Assembly: GCA_963716025.1 (NCBI GenBank)
Contig: CAVQSY010000050.1
Span: forward strand, 115,632 to 179,631
Origin: an uncultured Chloroflexia bacterium
GTDB lineage: Bacteria > Chloroflexota > Limnocylindria > Limnocylindrales > CSP1-4
DNA length: 64,000 bases
Reading direction: 5' to 3'
Shown here: positions 30,084 through 39,807 of the stretch, in pieces
How positions within the stretch are numbered: position 1 is the stretch's first letter
How the letters are laid out: each line of letters starts with the position of its first letter
Program-made: the position numbers and the translations under genes
The notes under the pieces: model-generated
Seen by the model: only the letters and a program-made list of their open reading frames with translations
Told to the model about the DNA's origin: nothing
The model's database searches: none

Positions 30084-30097
30084 GGAACCGCTTCCAT
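30084..30097. promoter_or_regulatory. second candidate LacI operator TGGAACCGCTTCCA
   Basis: Near-palindrome (12/14 symmetric), 27 nt upstream of the lacI-family start. Suggests autoregulation. Confidence 0.45.
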
Positions 30098-30160
30098 TGT
30101 AGCGGTGCGTGGAAAGCGCCACCCGACGGAGGAGGCCGCCCGCCGCCCGGCAGGACGCCG

Positions 30161-32899
30161 CTAGCGTCCCAGGCGAGCCTGCAGGCGATCCACCTGGTCG
30201 GCCAGCTCCGCCTCTCGGGTCCGGGCGCCATTGACGACCGCGGGCGGTGCCTTCGCCATGAACGCCTCGTTCGCGAGGCGGGCCCGCGCGGCCTCGAGCA
30301 GCCGCTGGGCATCGGCGAGCTCCTTCTCGAGGCGCGCGCGATCGGCCTGCACCGTCGAGGGATCGGCCGCGGCCCCCGTGCCCACGATCGCCTCTGCCGG
30401 CCCGGCGATCACCGCGAGGCCCGCCGCCGCGCCCTCGGAGCCATGCAGCGCCTCCCGGGAGAGCCGCCGCCGGATCGGCCTGGTACGGGACAACCGCTCG
30501 ATCGCGGGTCGCAGCGCCTCGAGCGCCGCTCCAAGCTCGGGTTCCACGTACACGTCGAGCGGCAGCCACGCAGCGGTGTCAAGCCTGGCATCCACCCGGG
30601 CGTTGCGGACCGCACGAACGAGATCGACCAGGGCCCCGACCTCGCTCTCAGCCGAGGCATCCCGCTCCCCCACCCCGGGCCAGCGGGCGACGATCAGCAG
30701 GTCCGGGTCCGTGACCCGGTGCGGCAGCGCCGCCCACAGCGTCTCGGTGATGAACGGCATGACCGGGTGCAGCAGGCGGAGGTAGGTGTCGAGCGCGTCG
30801 ACGAGCGCCCACCAGGTGGCCTCTCGCTCCGCGTCCGTTCGCGTCGGGTCGTTGAGGCGGACCTTGGCCAGCTCGATCCCCCAGTCGCAGAACTCGTTCC
30901 AGATCGCGTCGTACAGGATCCGGGTGACCTCGCCGAAGGCGTAGTCGGCCATCGCACGGTCGACCGCGGCCGTGGTCGCCGCGGCACGCGAGAGCACCCA
31001 CCGGTCGCCCGGTCCCAGCTGCTTCGCATCCGGGAGCCGGCGCTCGGCTCCCGTCGGGATCGTGGACGGCCGGGCGCCCAGGACGAACCGGGTGGCATTC
31101 CACAGCTTGTTGGCGAAGTTCCTGGCGTTCTCCACCTTGGCGGCACCGAACCGCTGGTCGTTGCCGGGCGTGGTCCCGTGGACCACGGCGAAGCGCAGCG
31201 CGTCCGCACCGAGCTCGTCGATCGTGGCCAGCGGATCGACCGTGTTGCCCTTGGTCTTTGACATCTTCTGGCCATACGGGTCGCGGATCAGGCCCGACAG
31301 GTAGACGGTGTGGAACGGCGCCTCCCCGGTCAGCTCGATGCCCAGCATCATCATCCTGGCCACCCAGAAGAAGATGATGTCGTAGCCGGTCTCCATCACG
31401 GCACCCGGGTAGAAGCGCCGCATGTCGTCCGTCGCGTCCGGCCAGCCGAGCGTCGAGAACGGCCACAGGCCGGAGCTGAACCAGGTGTCGAAGATATCGG
31501 GGTCCTGGGTGAGCTCCGTCGCTGGTCGCCCGCAGGCTTCGCAGGCGGCCGGGCCGGCGGGATCCGCGCTCACGGTCGCGTGGCCGTCGGGGCAGTACCA
31601 GGCCGGGATCCGGTGGCCCCACCACAGCTGCCGGGACACGTTCCAGTCCCGGATGTCCGTCAGCCAGTGCTCCCAGGTCTTCTCGAACCGCTCCGGCAGG
31701 ATGCGGGTCCGCCCGGAACGGGTGGCCTCGAGCGCCGCTGCCGCCATGGGCCCGGTCTTCACGAACCACTGCGTCTTGAGACGCGGCTCGACGACATCCG
31801 TCGAGCGCTGGCAGCGGCCGATCACCATCTCGTGCGGCTGCTCGCCCTCGACATCGCCGAGCTCGGTGAGCCCGGCGAGGATCGCGGCGCGAGCCTCATA
31901 GCGGTCCATGCCGTCGAAGCGCGTACCCGTGTTGGCCACGCGGGCGGTGTCGTCGAGGATGGTCAGCATCGCGAGGCCGTGGCGGACGCCCGTCTCGTGG
32001 TCGTCGTGGTCGTGGGCCGGGGTGATCTTCACGGCTCCCGTGCCGAAGTCCATCTCCACCACCGGGTCGGCGATCACGGGCACGTCGCGATCAACGAACG
32101 GGATCCGCACCTGGCGACCGACGAGGTTCGCGTAGCGCGCGTCGTCGGGGTGCACCGCGACCGCCGTGTCGCCGAGGATGGTCTCGGGGCGGGTGGTGGC
32201 GACGGTGATCGTGCGCGCGGGATCCGGGAGCCCCGTCTCGGGATCGACCAGGTGATAGCGGACCCGCCACAGCGTGCCGGTCTCCGGGGTCGGGATCACC
32301 TCGAGGTCGCTCACGCTGGTACGGCAGCCGGGGCACCAGTTGACCAGAGCCTCGGCACGGTACGCGAGACCCTTGCGATGGAGGCGGACGAACGCCTCCC
32401 GCACGGCCTTGGCGGACACCTCGTCCATGGTGAACCGGAGCCGGCCCCAATCGCAGGAGCCGCCCACCCGCCGCTGCTGGCCCAGGATCACTTCCCGGGT
32501 CGCCGCGATGAACCCCTGCATCCGCTCCAGGTAGCGGTCACGGCCGAGCGACGACCGCGACTCGCCCTCCTTCGCGAGGATGCCGTCGAGCACGAACTGG
32601 GCGGCGATCGATGCATGGTCGAGACCGGGCAGGAAGAGCGTCGGCCGGCCGAGCATCCGCGCGTGGCGGATCATCAGGTCCTCCACCGTGGTCCGCTGCG
32701 CGTGGCCGAGGTGCAGGCTGCCGGTCACATTGGGCGGCGGCTGGATGATGACGAACGGCTCCAGCGCCCAGTCCGCGGTCGAGCCGGCCCCATCGGGAGC
32801 GAAGACGTCGGCGGCCAGCCAGCGCTCGTAGACGGCGTGCTCGAACTCGGCGGGCACGTAGGCCCTTGCGAGGGCCTCGGGCGGCTGCGGCTGCGTCAT
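30161..32899 (-). CDS. valS: valine--tRNA ligase
   Basis: ATG 32899 (MTQPQPPEALARAYVP). HIGH-type PPNVTGSLHLGH, KMSKS (KMSKTKGN) and a C-terminal coiled coil. Confidence 0.95.
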   Translation of the reverse strand: MTQPQPPEALARAYVPAEFEHAVYERWLAADVFAPDGAGSTADWALEPFVIIQPPPNVTGSLHLGHAQRTTVEDLMIRHARMLGRPTLFLPGLDHASIAAQFVLDGILAKEGESRSSLGRDRYLERMQGFIAATREVILGQQRRVGGSCDWGRLRFTMDEVSAKAVREAFVRLHRKGLAYRAEALVNWCPGCRTSVSDLEVIPTPETGTLWRVRYHLVDPETGLPDPARTITVATTRPETILGDTAVAVHPDDARYANLVGRQVRIPFVDRDVPVIADPVVEMDFGTGAVKITPAHDHDDHETGVRHGLAMLTILDDTARVANTGTRFDGMDRYEARAAILAGLTELGDVEGEQPHEMVIGRCQRSTDVVEPRLKTQWFVKTGPMAAAALEATRSGRTRILPERFEKTWEHWLTDIRDWNVSRQLWWGHRIPAWYCPDGHATVSADPAGPAACEACGRPATELTQDPDIFDTWFSSGLWPFSTLGWPDATDDMRRFYPGAVMETGYDIIFFWVARMMMLGIELTGEAPFHTVYLSGLIRDPYGQKMSKTKGNTVDPLATIDELGADALRFAVVHGTTPGNDQRFGAAKVENARNFANKLWNATRFVLGARPSTIPTGAERRLPDAKQLGPGDRWVLSRAAATTAAVDRAMADYAFGEVTRILYDAIWNEFCDWGIELAKVRLNDPTRTDAEREATWWALVDALDTYLRLLHPVMPFITETLWAALPHRVTDPDLLIVARWPGVGERDASAESEVGALVDLVRAVRNARVDARLDTAAWLPLDVYVEPELGAALEALRPAIERLSRTRPIRRRLSREALHGSEGAAAGLAVIAGPAEAIVGTGAAADPSTVQADRARLEKELADAQRLLEAARARLANEAFMAKAPPAVVNGARTREAELADQVDRLQARLGR

Positions 32900-33177
32900 C
32901 GTCGTTCGCTCCTGGTCGGTCCGGTCCTGGGCCCGGAGACAACAACGCCCGCTCGTCCAGCGGACGAACGGGTCGTGGTACCACCTGCTGGTTCGGCTCC
33001 GGGGCCGGCACCGCTCATCACGGCCGGAGGGTTCCGGGGCTCTCTCGGCACTGTATCGGGCGCCAAGCGCACGGCTCGCGAGCGACCTTCGTGTCCGTCG
33101 TCCCCGCGCGGCTCGCACCATCCCGCGCTCGCTCCGAGGGCTGTCTCGGACCTACTCCTCTCGGTCGTCGCCGTGAG
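32900..33177 (-). ncRNA. T-box leader (tRNA-sensing riboswitch) upstream of valS
   Basis: On the minus strand: T-box sequence AGCAGGUGGUACCACG (plus-strand 32974-32985). It is followed by the GC hairpin CCCGUUCGUCC-GCU-GGACGAGCGGG (32948-32972) and CGUUGUUGUCU. Upstream AGAGGAGUAG and GAGAGA elements are present. A GUC (Val) triplet in ..CGAAGGUCGC.. at ~33090 is a candidate specifier. A -10-like TACACT sits at 33184-33189. Confidence 0.6.
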
Positions 33178-33225
33178 GCCGGGAGTGTAGCACGCGGGTC
33201 TGGCCGTCCGGTCAGGTGTGTCCGG

Positions 33226-33753
33226 TCAGGTGAGATCGGCGGCCGCGGCGTAGATCGCGCCCAGGAACCGGCTCGGGACGCGGCCGAGCAGCCTGGGCAC
33301 GGCGTAGCCCCTCGAGGGTGCGAGGCGCTGCCAACGGGCGAAGGAGATGGGAAACGGCACCCACAGGTTGCCGTGGTCGGCGTCGTACTCCACCAGGACC
33401 AGCCGCCCACCGGGAGCGAGCCGCCCGCGAGCCGCCTCCAGCACCGGTCGCGGGTCGCGAACGAAATGAAGGCTGTTGGCGGCAAGCACGCCCTCGAAGG
33501 GTCCGCGCGGCATGGCCGAGCTGAAGTCCGCGACGACCGTTTCCAGCGCGACCTGGGGGAACGCCGATCGCACCCGGCCCTCGAGTCGGCGGAGCGCCCG
33601 CTCGTCGCGGTCGAGCGCCACGATCGCCCCGCCGGGTCCGAGGAGATCGGCGAGCGCGAGCGTGAACTCGCCGTCGCCCGACCCGAGCTCCAGCCAACGA
33701 CCCGGCCGGTCGACCCCCGCCCGGAGCAGCCCGACGTGGTCTCGATGGTCCAT
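33226..33753 (-). CDS. class I SAM-dependent methyltransferase
   Basis: 175 aa. Motif I WLELGSGDGEF. Post-I and motif II spacing are typical. Confidence 0.8.
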   Translation of the reverse strand: MDHRDHVGLLRAGVDRPGRWLELGSGDGEFTLALADLLGPGGAIVALDRDERALRRLEGRVRSAFPQVALETVVADFSSAMPRGPFEGVLAANSLHFVRDPRPVLEAARGRLAPGGRLVLVEYDADHGNLWVPFPISFARWQRLAPSRGYAVPRLLGRVPSRFLGAIYAAAADLT

Positions 33754-33851
33754 CGCCGCCCATCATCGCCCGCGGCGACCGGGCGGCCAGCGCGCAACGT
33801 CGGGACGGGTGGCCCTCCCGGCCGGTGTCGTGCGCGGCCGATCATCAGCCG

Positions 33852-34274
33852 ATGACGACCGCCGCCATCGTGTACTGCAGCGCCACCTGGACCACCGCCG
33901 GCCTGGCCGACGACATCGCTGACCACCTTCGGGGTCGCGGGATCGAGACGAGGGTCGCCGCCTTCGGCGAGATCGAGACAGCCGGCCTCGCGGACGTGGA
34001 CTACCTGTTCCTCGGCTGCTGGACCCACGGCTGGTTCATCGTGAACCAGCACCCCGAGCAGGCATGGGTCGACTGGACCCGGGAGCTCCCGCAGCTGGGC
34101 AGACCGCGGGTAGCCCTGTTCACGACGTACAAGCTGCGGACGGGATCGATGTTCCCCCGGATGCGGAAGGCGCTGCGTCCAACCGGGGCGCGGATCGGCG
34201 CGGAGCTCAAGTCCCGGGACAAGCGGCTGACGGACGAGGGGCGCCGGAGGCTGGATGCGTTCATCGACGGCTGA
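33852..34274 (+). CDS. flavodoxin-like protein
   Basis: ATG 33852 (MTTAAIVYCSATWTTAGLADDIA) resembles the flavodoxin phosphate-binding loop. About 140 aa. Confidence 0.65.
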   Translation: MTTAAIVYCSATWTTAGLADDIADHLRGRGIETRVAAFGEIETAGLADVDYLFLGCWTHGWFIVNQHPEQAWVDWTRELPQLGRPRVALFTTYKLRTGSMFPRMRKALRPTGARIGAELKSRDKRLTDEGRRRLDAFIDG

Positions 34275-34604
34275 GACCGGCGAGGCGTGTTGGCACGTCG
34301 TGATCTTCGTGCCATGGAAGTCGGCCGCTACCCGTCACCAGGCTGCCATGAACACCCACGTCGAGTGGGCCGGTTGCTCCGGATCCGCAACTCAGCTGGC
34401 GAGTCAGGTCGGGCAACGCCAAGCGTGGCCCAGGGCCCCAACCATCGCTTGGCTGCCTCGGCCCTGCGTGCGGACCCTCGATCCGATGCACGGTGTGAGT
34501 AGCGGACGAACCTCGACGGCCTCATCGACCACGACCAGCCACCATGCGCTGCCGGTCCCATGGGCGGGCGAAGGCGCGGCGATCGGCCGGGCGGAACCGG
34601 AACC

Positions 34605-35918
34605 CTAGGCGGTCTCGCCCCGCTCCGCGAGCCACTCCTCGTAGTTGGTCTCGTCGACGCCCTTGTCGACGTCCGACTTGGTCAGAAGCAGCGGCAGGCG
34701 ACCGCTCCGGATCGTCTCCTCGGTGATGATGCATTTGCGGACGTCGGTGCGCTCCGGGATGTCGAACATCACCTCGAGCAGCGACTCCTCCACGATGGAG
34801 CGCAGGGCACGAGCGCCCGTCTTGCGGTCGATGGCAACTTCGGCGGCGGCCTGGAGGGCGGCCTTGGTGAACACGAGCTCCACCTTGTCCAGCTGCAGGA
34901 ACTTCTGGAACTGGCGGGTGACGGCGTTCTTGGGCTCGATCAGCACCCGGACGAGATCCTCGACCGTCAGTGGCGAGAGCGTCACGATGACCGGCAGCCG
35001 CCCGATGAACTCTGGGATCAGGCCGAACTTGAGCAGATCCTCCGGCATCAGCTTCTCGATCATCCGGGCCCGGTCCGCCTTGGACATCTGGCCCTCGGAT
35101 CCGAACCCGATCGAGCGCTTGCCGACCCGTTCCTCGACGATCTTCTCCAGCCCGTCGAACGCCCCGCCGCAGATGAACAGGATGTTCGTGGTGTCGATCT
35201 GGATGAAGTCCTGGTGGGGGTGCTTGCGCCCGCCCTGCGGCGGCACGTTGGCGACCGTTCCCTCCAGGATCTTGAGCAGCGCCTGCTGGACGCCCTCGCC
35301 GGAGACGTCGCGCGTGATCGACGGGTTGTCGGCCTTGCGGGCGATCTTGTCGATCTCGTCGATGTAGATGATCCCGCGCTGCGCCCGGGTGACGTCGAAG
35401 TCGGCCGCCTGGATCAGGCGCAGCAGGATGTTCTCCACGTCCTCGCCGACGTACCCCGCCTCGGTGAGGCTGGTGGCGTCGGCGATGCAGAACGGCACGT
35501 CGAGGATCCGCGCCAGCGTCTGGGCGAGCAGCGTCTTGCCGGAGCCCGTGGGGCCGACCAGGAGGACGTTGGACTTCTGGAGCTCGACGTCGTCCACGCT
35601 GTTGCCCGCGTTGACGCGCTTGTAGTGGTTGTAGACCGCGACCGAGAGGACCTTCTTCGCCTTCTCCTGCGAGATGACGTACTGGCCGAGGTTCTCCGTG
35701 ATCTGACGCGGGTTCGGGAGCTTCTGGCTGGAGGGACGAGGCTTCGGTGCCTCCAGCATCTCCTCCTCGATGATCTCCTGGCACAGGTTGATGCACTCGT
35801 CGCAGATGTAGACGCCCTGGCCCGCGATGAGCTTCCGGACCTGCTCCTGGCTCTTGCCGCAGAACGAGCAGCGGTACGGGACCTTCGTGCCCTTGGAACC
35901 CGTCGTCGACACCGGCAT
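34605..35918 (-). CDS. clpX: ATP-dependent Clp protease ATP-binding subunit ClpX
   Basis: Zinc-binding N-terminus CSFCGK..CDECI. Walker [13 protein letters not shown], Walker [10 protein letters not shown]. Confidence 0.95.
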   Translation of the reverse strand: MPVSTTGSKGTKVPYRCSFCGKSQEQVRKLIAGQGVYICDECINLCQEIIEEEMLEAPKPRPSSQKLPNPRQITENLGQYVISQEKAKKVLSVAVYNHYKRVNAGNSVDDVELQKSNVLLVGPTGSGKTLLAQTLARILDVPFCIADATSLTEAGYVGEDVENILLRLIQAADFDVTRAQRGIIYIDEIDKIARKADNPSITRDVSGEGVQQALLKILEGTVANVPPQGGRKHPHQDFIQIDTTNILFICGGAFDGLEKIVEERVGKRSIGFGSEGQMSKADRARMIEKLMPEDLLKFGLIPEFIGRLPVIVTLSPLTVEDLVRVLIEPKNAVTRQFQKFLQLDKVELVFTKAALQAAAEVAIDRKTGARALRSIVEESLLEVMFDIPERTDVRKCIITEETIRSGRLPLLLTKSDVDKGVDETNYEEWLAERGETA

Positions 35919-35928
35919 GGCTCCTGCG

Positions 35929-36645
35929 CTACCTCCCCGTCGCGGGGCTCGGCCCGCTGTCCGAGCCGGGGTCCACGATCGAGGAACCCGCGCCACCGGA
36001 GAGCGCTGCGTCGTGCGCCTGCGCGATCAGCGAGTCACCCGGCAACGTGTAGACCGAGTCGATGATGCCATATTCCTTGGCCTCGTCGGGCGACATGAAC
36101 TTGTCGCGGTTCGTGTCCTCGACGACCTTCTCGAACGGCTGGCCCGTGTGCTGCGCAAGGATCTCCGTGTTGCGCTTGACCAGGAACTCCCACTCGCGCA
36201 TCTGGATCACCGCGTCCGGGGCGTTGCCGCGGAAGCCGCCCGACCCCTGGTGGATCATGATCCGGCTGTTGGGGAGGGCATATCGCTTGCCCGGTGCGCC
36301 GGCGGCGAGCAGCACGGCCGCCATCGAGGCCGCCATCCCGATGCAGATCGTGCTCACCGGCGCCCGCAGGTACTGCATGGTGTCGTAGATCGCGAGGCCG
36401 GAGTTGACGACGCCGCCGGGCGAGTTGATGTAGAGGCTGATGTCCTTCTCGGGATCCTCGGATTCGAGGAACAGCAGCTGGGCGATGACGAGGTTGGCGA
36501 GGTGATCCTCGATCGCGTCGCCGAGGAAGATGATCCGCTCGCGGAGCAGGCGCGAGTAGATGTCGTACGCGCGTTCCCCGCGACTGGTGGATTCGATGAC
36601 CATCGGGACGAGCATCGCGGGTCTCCCCTGCATTGGGTCGGACAT
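35929..36645 (-). CDS. clpP: ATP-dependent Clp protease proteolytic subunit, with a ~40-aa Ser/Gly-rich C-terminal extension
   Basis: Catalytic GMAASMAA (Ser), IMIHQ (His) and D in the [10 protein letters not shown] region. 238 aa. Confidence 0.93.
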   Translation of the reverse strand: MSDPMQGRPAMLVPMVIESTSRGERAYDIYSRLLRERIIFLGDAIEDHLANLVIAQLLFLESEDPEKDISLYINSPGGVVNSGLAIYDTMQYLRAPVSTICIGMAASMAAVLLAAGAPGKRYALPNSRIMIHQGSGGFRGNAPDAVIQMREWEFLVKRNTEILAQHTGQPFEKVVEDTNRDKFMSPDEAKEYGIIDSVYTLPGDSLIAQAHDAALSGGAGSSIVDPGSDSGPSPATGR

Positions 36646-36662
36646 CGCCGGCGTGGGTTGGG

Positions 36663-38072
36663 CTAGTCGATGGCAGCCGGGAGGGCACCCGGATCGGTGG
36701 CGTCCACGGACGCGTTGGCCTCTGCCTGGGGGGCGTCGACGGCCGAGGGCTCGTCGTCCTCCAGGTGCGGCAGCGGCGGATGCTCGGGGTGGGCGGCCAG
36801 CCAGCGATCCACGAGAATCTCCACGAGCCGCGTCCGCCGGAGCGTGCTGCGGATGAAGTTGCGGCCGCGCTCGGACTCGAAGTACCGGGCGGTCTTGGGG
36901 TCCTCGTAGCGAGCCCGGGCGAGCTCGACCTGGGCCTCGACCTCCGCGTCCGGGATCTCGACACCCTCGGCGTCGGCGATCTTGCTGAGCACCAGCAGCA
37001 CCTTGGTCCGGTGCTCGGCGCGCGGCCGGAAGTCGGCATGGAGCTCGGTCTCGCCCTTGCCCGTCGCCTTGAGGTAGGCGGCCTCGCCGATCCCCTGGCG
37101 GGCCAGCTGCGAGCGGAACTCGTCGTGCATCACCTCGACCTCCTGGTCGACCAGGATCTCGGGGAGCTCGATCGTGCTGTTGGCGACGGCGTATTCGATG
37201 ATCTTGTCGGCGAACTCGTGGCGGGCGCGGTCGAGCGCGTTGCGCCGCAGCCGCTGGTCGACATCTGCCTTGAGCGCGGCAAGGTCCGCGTACTCGCCCA
37301 TGTTCCGGGCGAAGTCGTCGTCCGCGGGTGGCATGACCTTCTCGCGCAGCTCCTTGAGGTCCACGTGGAAGCGGACCGGCTGGCCGGCCAGGCCCTCCTC
37401 CGGGTAATCCTCGGGAAAGCTGATGTCGAAATCCGCTGACTCGCCCGGCCGAAGGCCGACGATGTTGGCCTCGAAGCCGGGGATCAGGCGGTCCTCGCCG
37501 AGGATGAGCGGCATCCGCTCGGACGTGCCGCCGTCGAACGGAACCCCGTCCTTCGTGCCGGCGAAGCCGATGACCGCCCAGTCGCCGTTCTGGGCGCCGC
37601 GATCCTCGACGGCGGCAAGGGTCGCGTTCTGGTCCCGCAGCTCATCGACGACCTTGTCCACCTTGTCGGGCGTGACATCGTCGATCTCGGGCGCGAAGTT
37701 GAAGCCGGCATAGTCGCCCAGCTCGACCTCGGGCCGGACCTGGACGGTCGCCTTGAACTTGAGCGGCTTCCCCTCCTCGGCCTCGACGACCTCCACGTCG
37801 GCGTTCGTGAGCGGGATGATGCCCTGCTCGACGATCGCGTCGCGGTAGGCGAGCTGGACGAGCTGCTCGACCGCCTCGTCGAGCACGGCGGTGGGTCCGA
37901 GGACGCGCTCGAGGATCGGCCGCGGAGCCTTGCCGGGGCGGAAGCCCGCGACTCGCGTCTTGCGCGACAGGCGCTGCGTGGCGTCGCGCATGGCGCGGTC
38001 CAGCCGGTCGGCGGGAACCTCGATCTCGAGGAGGATGGAGCTCTTGGGCGCAGGGGTGGCGGTCACATTCAT
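36663..38072 (-). CDS. tig: trigger factor
   Basis: 469 aa. Ribosome-binding GFRPGKAP motif, central PPIase, C-terminal arms. Gene order tig-clpP-clpX. Confidence 0.92.
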   Translation of the reverse strand: MNVTATPAPKSSILLEIEVPADRLDRAMRDATQRLSRKTRVAGFRPGKAPRPILERVLGPTAVLDEAVEQLVQLAYRDAIVEQGIIPLTNADVEVVEAEEGKPLKFKATVQVRPEVELGDYAGFNFAPEIDDVTPDKVDKVVDELRDQNATLAAVEDRGAQNGDWAVIGFAGTKDGVPFDGGTSERMPLILGEDRLIPGFEANIVGLRPGESADFDISFPEDYPEEGLAGQPVRFHVDLKELREKVMPPADDDFARNMGEYADLAALKADVDQRLRRNALDRARHEFADKIIEYAVANSTIELPEILVDQEVEVMHDEFRSQLARQGIGEAAYLKATGKGETELHADFRPRAEHRTKVLLVLSKIADAEGVEIPDAEVEAQVELARARYEDPKTARYFESERGRNFIRSTLRRTRLVEILVDRWLAAHPEHPPLPHLEDDEPSAVDAPQAEANASVDATDPGALPAAID

Positions 38073-38081
38073 CGCCGGGCG

Positions 38082-38087
38082 AGTATA
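38082..38087 (-). promoter_or_regulatory. -10-like TATACT, 9 nt upstream of the tig ATG (possible leaderless or near-leaderless mRNA)
   Basis: The minus strand reads cccTATACTcgcccggcgATG. There is no Shine-Dalgarno sequence between the hexamer and the start. Confidence 0.3.
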
Positions 38088-38191
38088 GGGTGGGTCGGCC
38101 GTCCGGGCGGCGGGCGCCGACGGGCGCGGGCGTGGCGCGGGGTGCCGCAGTGGGCGAGCGCGGGCAAGGAGCGCGCTAGACTCGGCTGCAC

Positions 38192-38279
38192 GGGCGAGTG
38201 GCGAAATGGCAGACGCGCCGGCCTTAGGAGCCGGTGTCCCGAGAGGGACGTGTCGGTTCGACCCCGACCTCGCCTACCA
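38192..38279 (+). tRNA. tRNA-Leu (anticodon UAG), encoded CCA
   Basis: Cloverleaf by eye. Acceptor GGGCGAG/CUCGCCU (G1-U72). Anticodon stem CCGGC/GCCGG with loop CUUAGGA. Long variable arm GUCCC-GAGA-GGGAC. T arm GUCGG-UUCGACC-CCGAC. Confidence 0.93.
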
Positions 38280-38293
38280 GCCCCCGCTGGGCG

Positions 38294-38863
38294 TCAGGAC
38301 GTCTTGTCGATCCCCGACGCGGCCCGCCTGGCGCGGACCTTGTCCAGCTGCTGGCGCAGCTGCTCCGGGTCGGCGGTCGTGAGCTGGTCGACGATCTGCT
38401 TCCCGTAGCGCGAGATGAGCGGCTTGCCGGCGGACATCAGCAGGGACGAGATCGTGCCGGACAGGTCCCGGCTCTTGCGCTCGGGCGCCTTCTCCTCGAG
38501 ATAGGCCGCGAACTCGCGCTCGATGGTCCCGCGGACCCTGGCGCCGTCGCCGCCCAGCTTCCCGAGCGCCGCGTCGATCTCCTTGGGCAGCATCGACTTG
38601 GGCAGCGGGTCAGGTGTGCCGAAGACGGCGTTGCGGGCCCGCCGGAACAGCCGCTGGGGGCCACCAAGGGCCACGAACCCCGCACCGGCAGCCACGCCGG
38701 CGGCCTTGACCGGGTTGCGCCTGATCTTGGCCCGGATGTCGACGGCCGCGCGCGCCGAAGCCTCGAGCCGGACGATCTGCTCGTCCAGGCTCGTCCGAGA
38801 GGCCAGCAGCGCCTCTCGGGCCGCTACGACCTCGGGCTGCGGGGCACTCGTGCCTTCGCCCAC
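38294..38863 (-). CDS. hypothetical protein (DUF3618-like, coiled-coil plus one TM)
   Basis: GTG 38863 is preceded by AAGGAG. 189 aa. Overlaps the end of the upstream membrane-protein gene by 40 nt in another frame. C-terminal part of track ORF 38294..39838. Confidence 0.5.
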   Translation of the reverse strand: MGEGTSAPQPEVVAAREALLASRTSLDEQIVRLEASARAAVDIRAKIRRNPVKAAGVAAGAGFVALGGPQRLFRRARNAVFGTPDPLPKSMLPKEIDAALGKLGGDGARVRGTIEREFAAYLEEKAPERKSRDLSGTISSLLMSAGKPLISRYGKQIVDQLTTADPEQLRQQLDKVRARRAASGIDKTS

Positions 38864-39636
38864 TCGATGCTCTCCTTCGTAGTGTCGATGGTGGTCGCCG
38901 GGTAGAAGCGGCGCTTGAGCGCCTCGGTGTCGATGCCCTGGCGCTGGGTTCGGATCCCGTTGAGGACCGGCCAGGCGAAGAGGAACGTGGCGGCGCCCAA
39001 CGCCGCGCCGACGCGCAGCCCGAACGTGATCGAGAGGAACGCGCCTGCCAGCACCCCGACGATCAGGCCCCCGACCAGCCCGCCGATCGCCCCCGATCCA
39101 CCGCCTGCCCTGGCCCCCACGAGGAGTCCGAGGACGGCCCCGAGGATGCCGACGATGATGATCCCGAGCACGAGCGGCCGAACCGCCGGATCGACGCCCA
39201 GGCCTGACGCATCCCCGATCGACCGGAACAGCGCATTCGGCAGGTCGAACCCGAGCACGATGCCCACGACCACACCCACGATCAACGCGATGAAGACGTC
39301 GACCGCCAGCCCGGGGATGCGCAGCGCCGACAGGACCGCCATCGCCGCGACCGCGATCAGCAACTCCGAGCCGAGCAGGAGGCCCCAGCCGATCGACCCG
39401 AACACCCACTCCCCGACGAACAGCATGCCGCCGATCGAGAGCAGGAGCGTGAGCAGGATGCCGCTTGCGATGGCGACCCCGCCCAGCGCGGCGGCCCGGG
39501 CAACCTCGCCCTTGATCGCATCGAGCTCCGTCCTGGCCAACTCGAGATGGGCCCGGACGAAGGCGATCGCGGCCTCGCGGGTGGCGGTCAGCTGCGCTCG
39601 GAGGCCGGGCGCGTCGGCAGGAGACGCGGGTTCCAT
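38824..39636 (-). CDS. multi-TM glycine-rich membrane protein (actinobacterial Holin-X/DUF1469-like)
   Basis: ATG 39636 (MEPASPADAPGL..). N-terminal amphipathic helix, then four or more Gly/Ile/Leu-rich TM segments. Confidence 0.5.
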   Translation of the reverse strand: MEPASPADAPGLRAQLTATREAAIAFVRAHLELARTELDAIKGEVARAAALGGVAIASGILLTLLLSIGGMLFVGEWVFGSIGWGLLLGSELLIAVAAMAVLSALRIPGLAVDVFIALIVGVVVGIVLGFDLPNALFRSIGDASGLGVDPAVRPLVLGIIIVGILGAVLGLLVGARAGGGSGAIGGLVGGLIVGVLAGAFLSITFGLRVGAALGAATFLFAWPVLNGIRTQRQGIDTEALKRRFYPATTIDTTKESIEWAKARVPRSPRS

Positions 39637-39807
39637 GGGAGGTCGTTCGGGGTCCAGAGGTCGTCCTCCGCGGCGTTGATGGGCGGTCATCGGGGGGCGC
39701 GTGCCCATGATACCAGCGTGGTCCTCGCCCTCCCCAAGGGGGCCCATGAGCCCCCCCTCCGGCCGACCTCCCCCGGGACGGCCCGTCGGGATACGCTCCG
39801 TCTGGCC

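Noticed and set aside
33206-33232. Tandem 14-bp duplication GTCCGGTCAGGTGT x2 as a stand-alone feature
   Set aside because: It has only two copies and overlaps a gene end and a putative promoter. It is noted within the T-box finding but is too small to interpret on its own.
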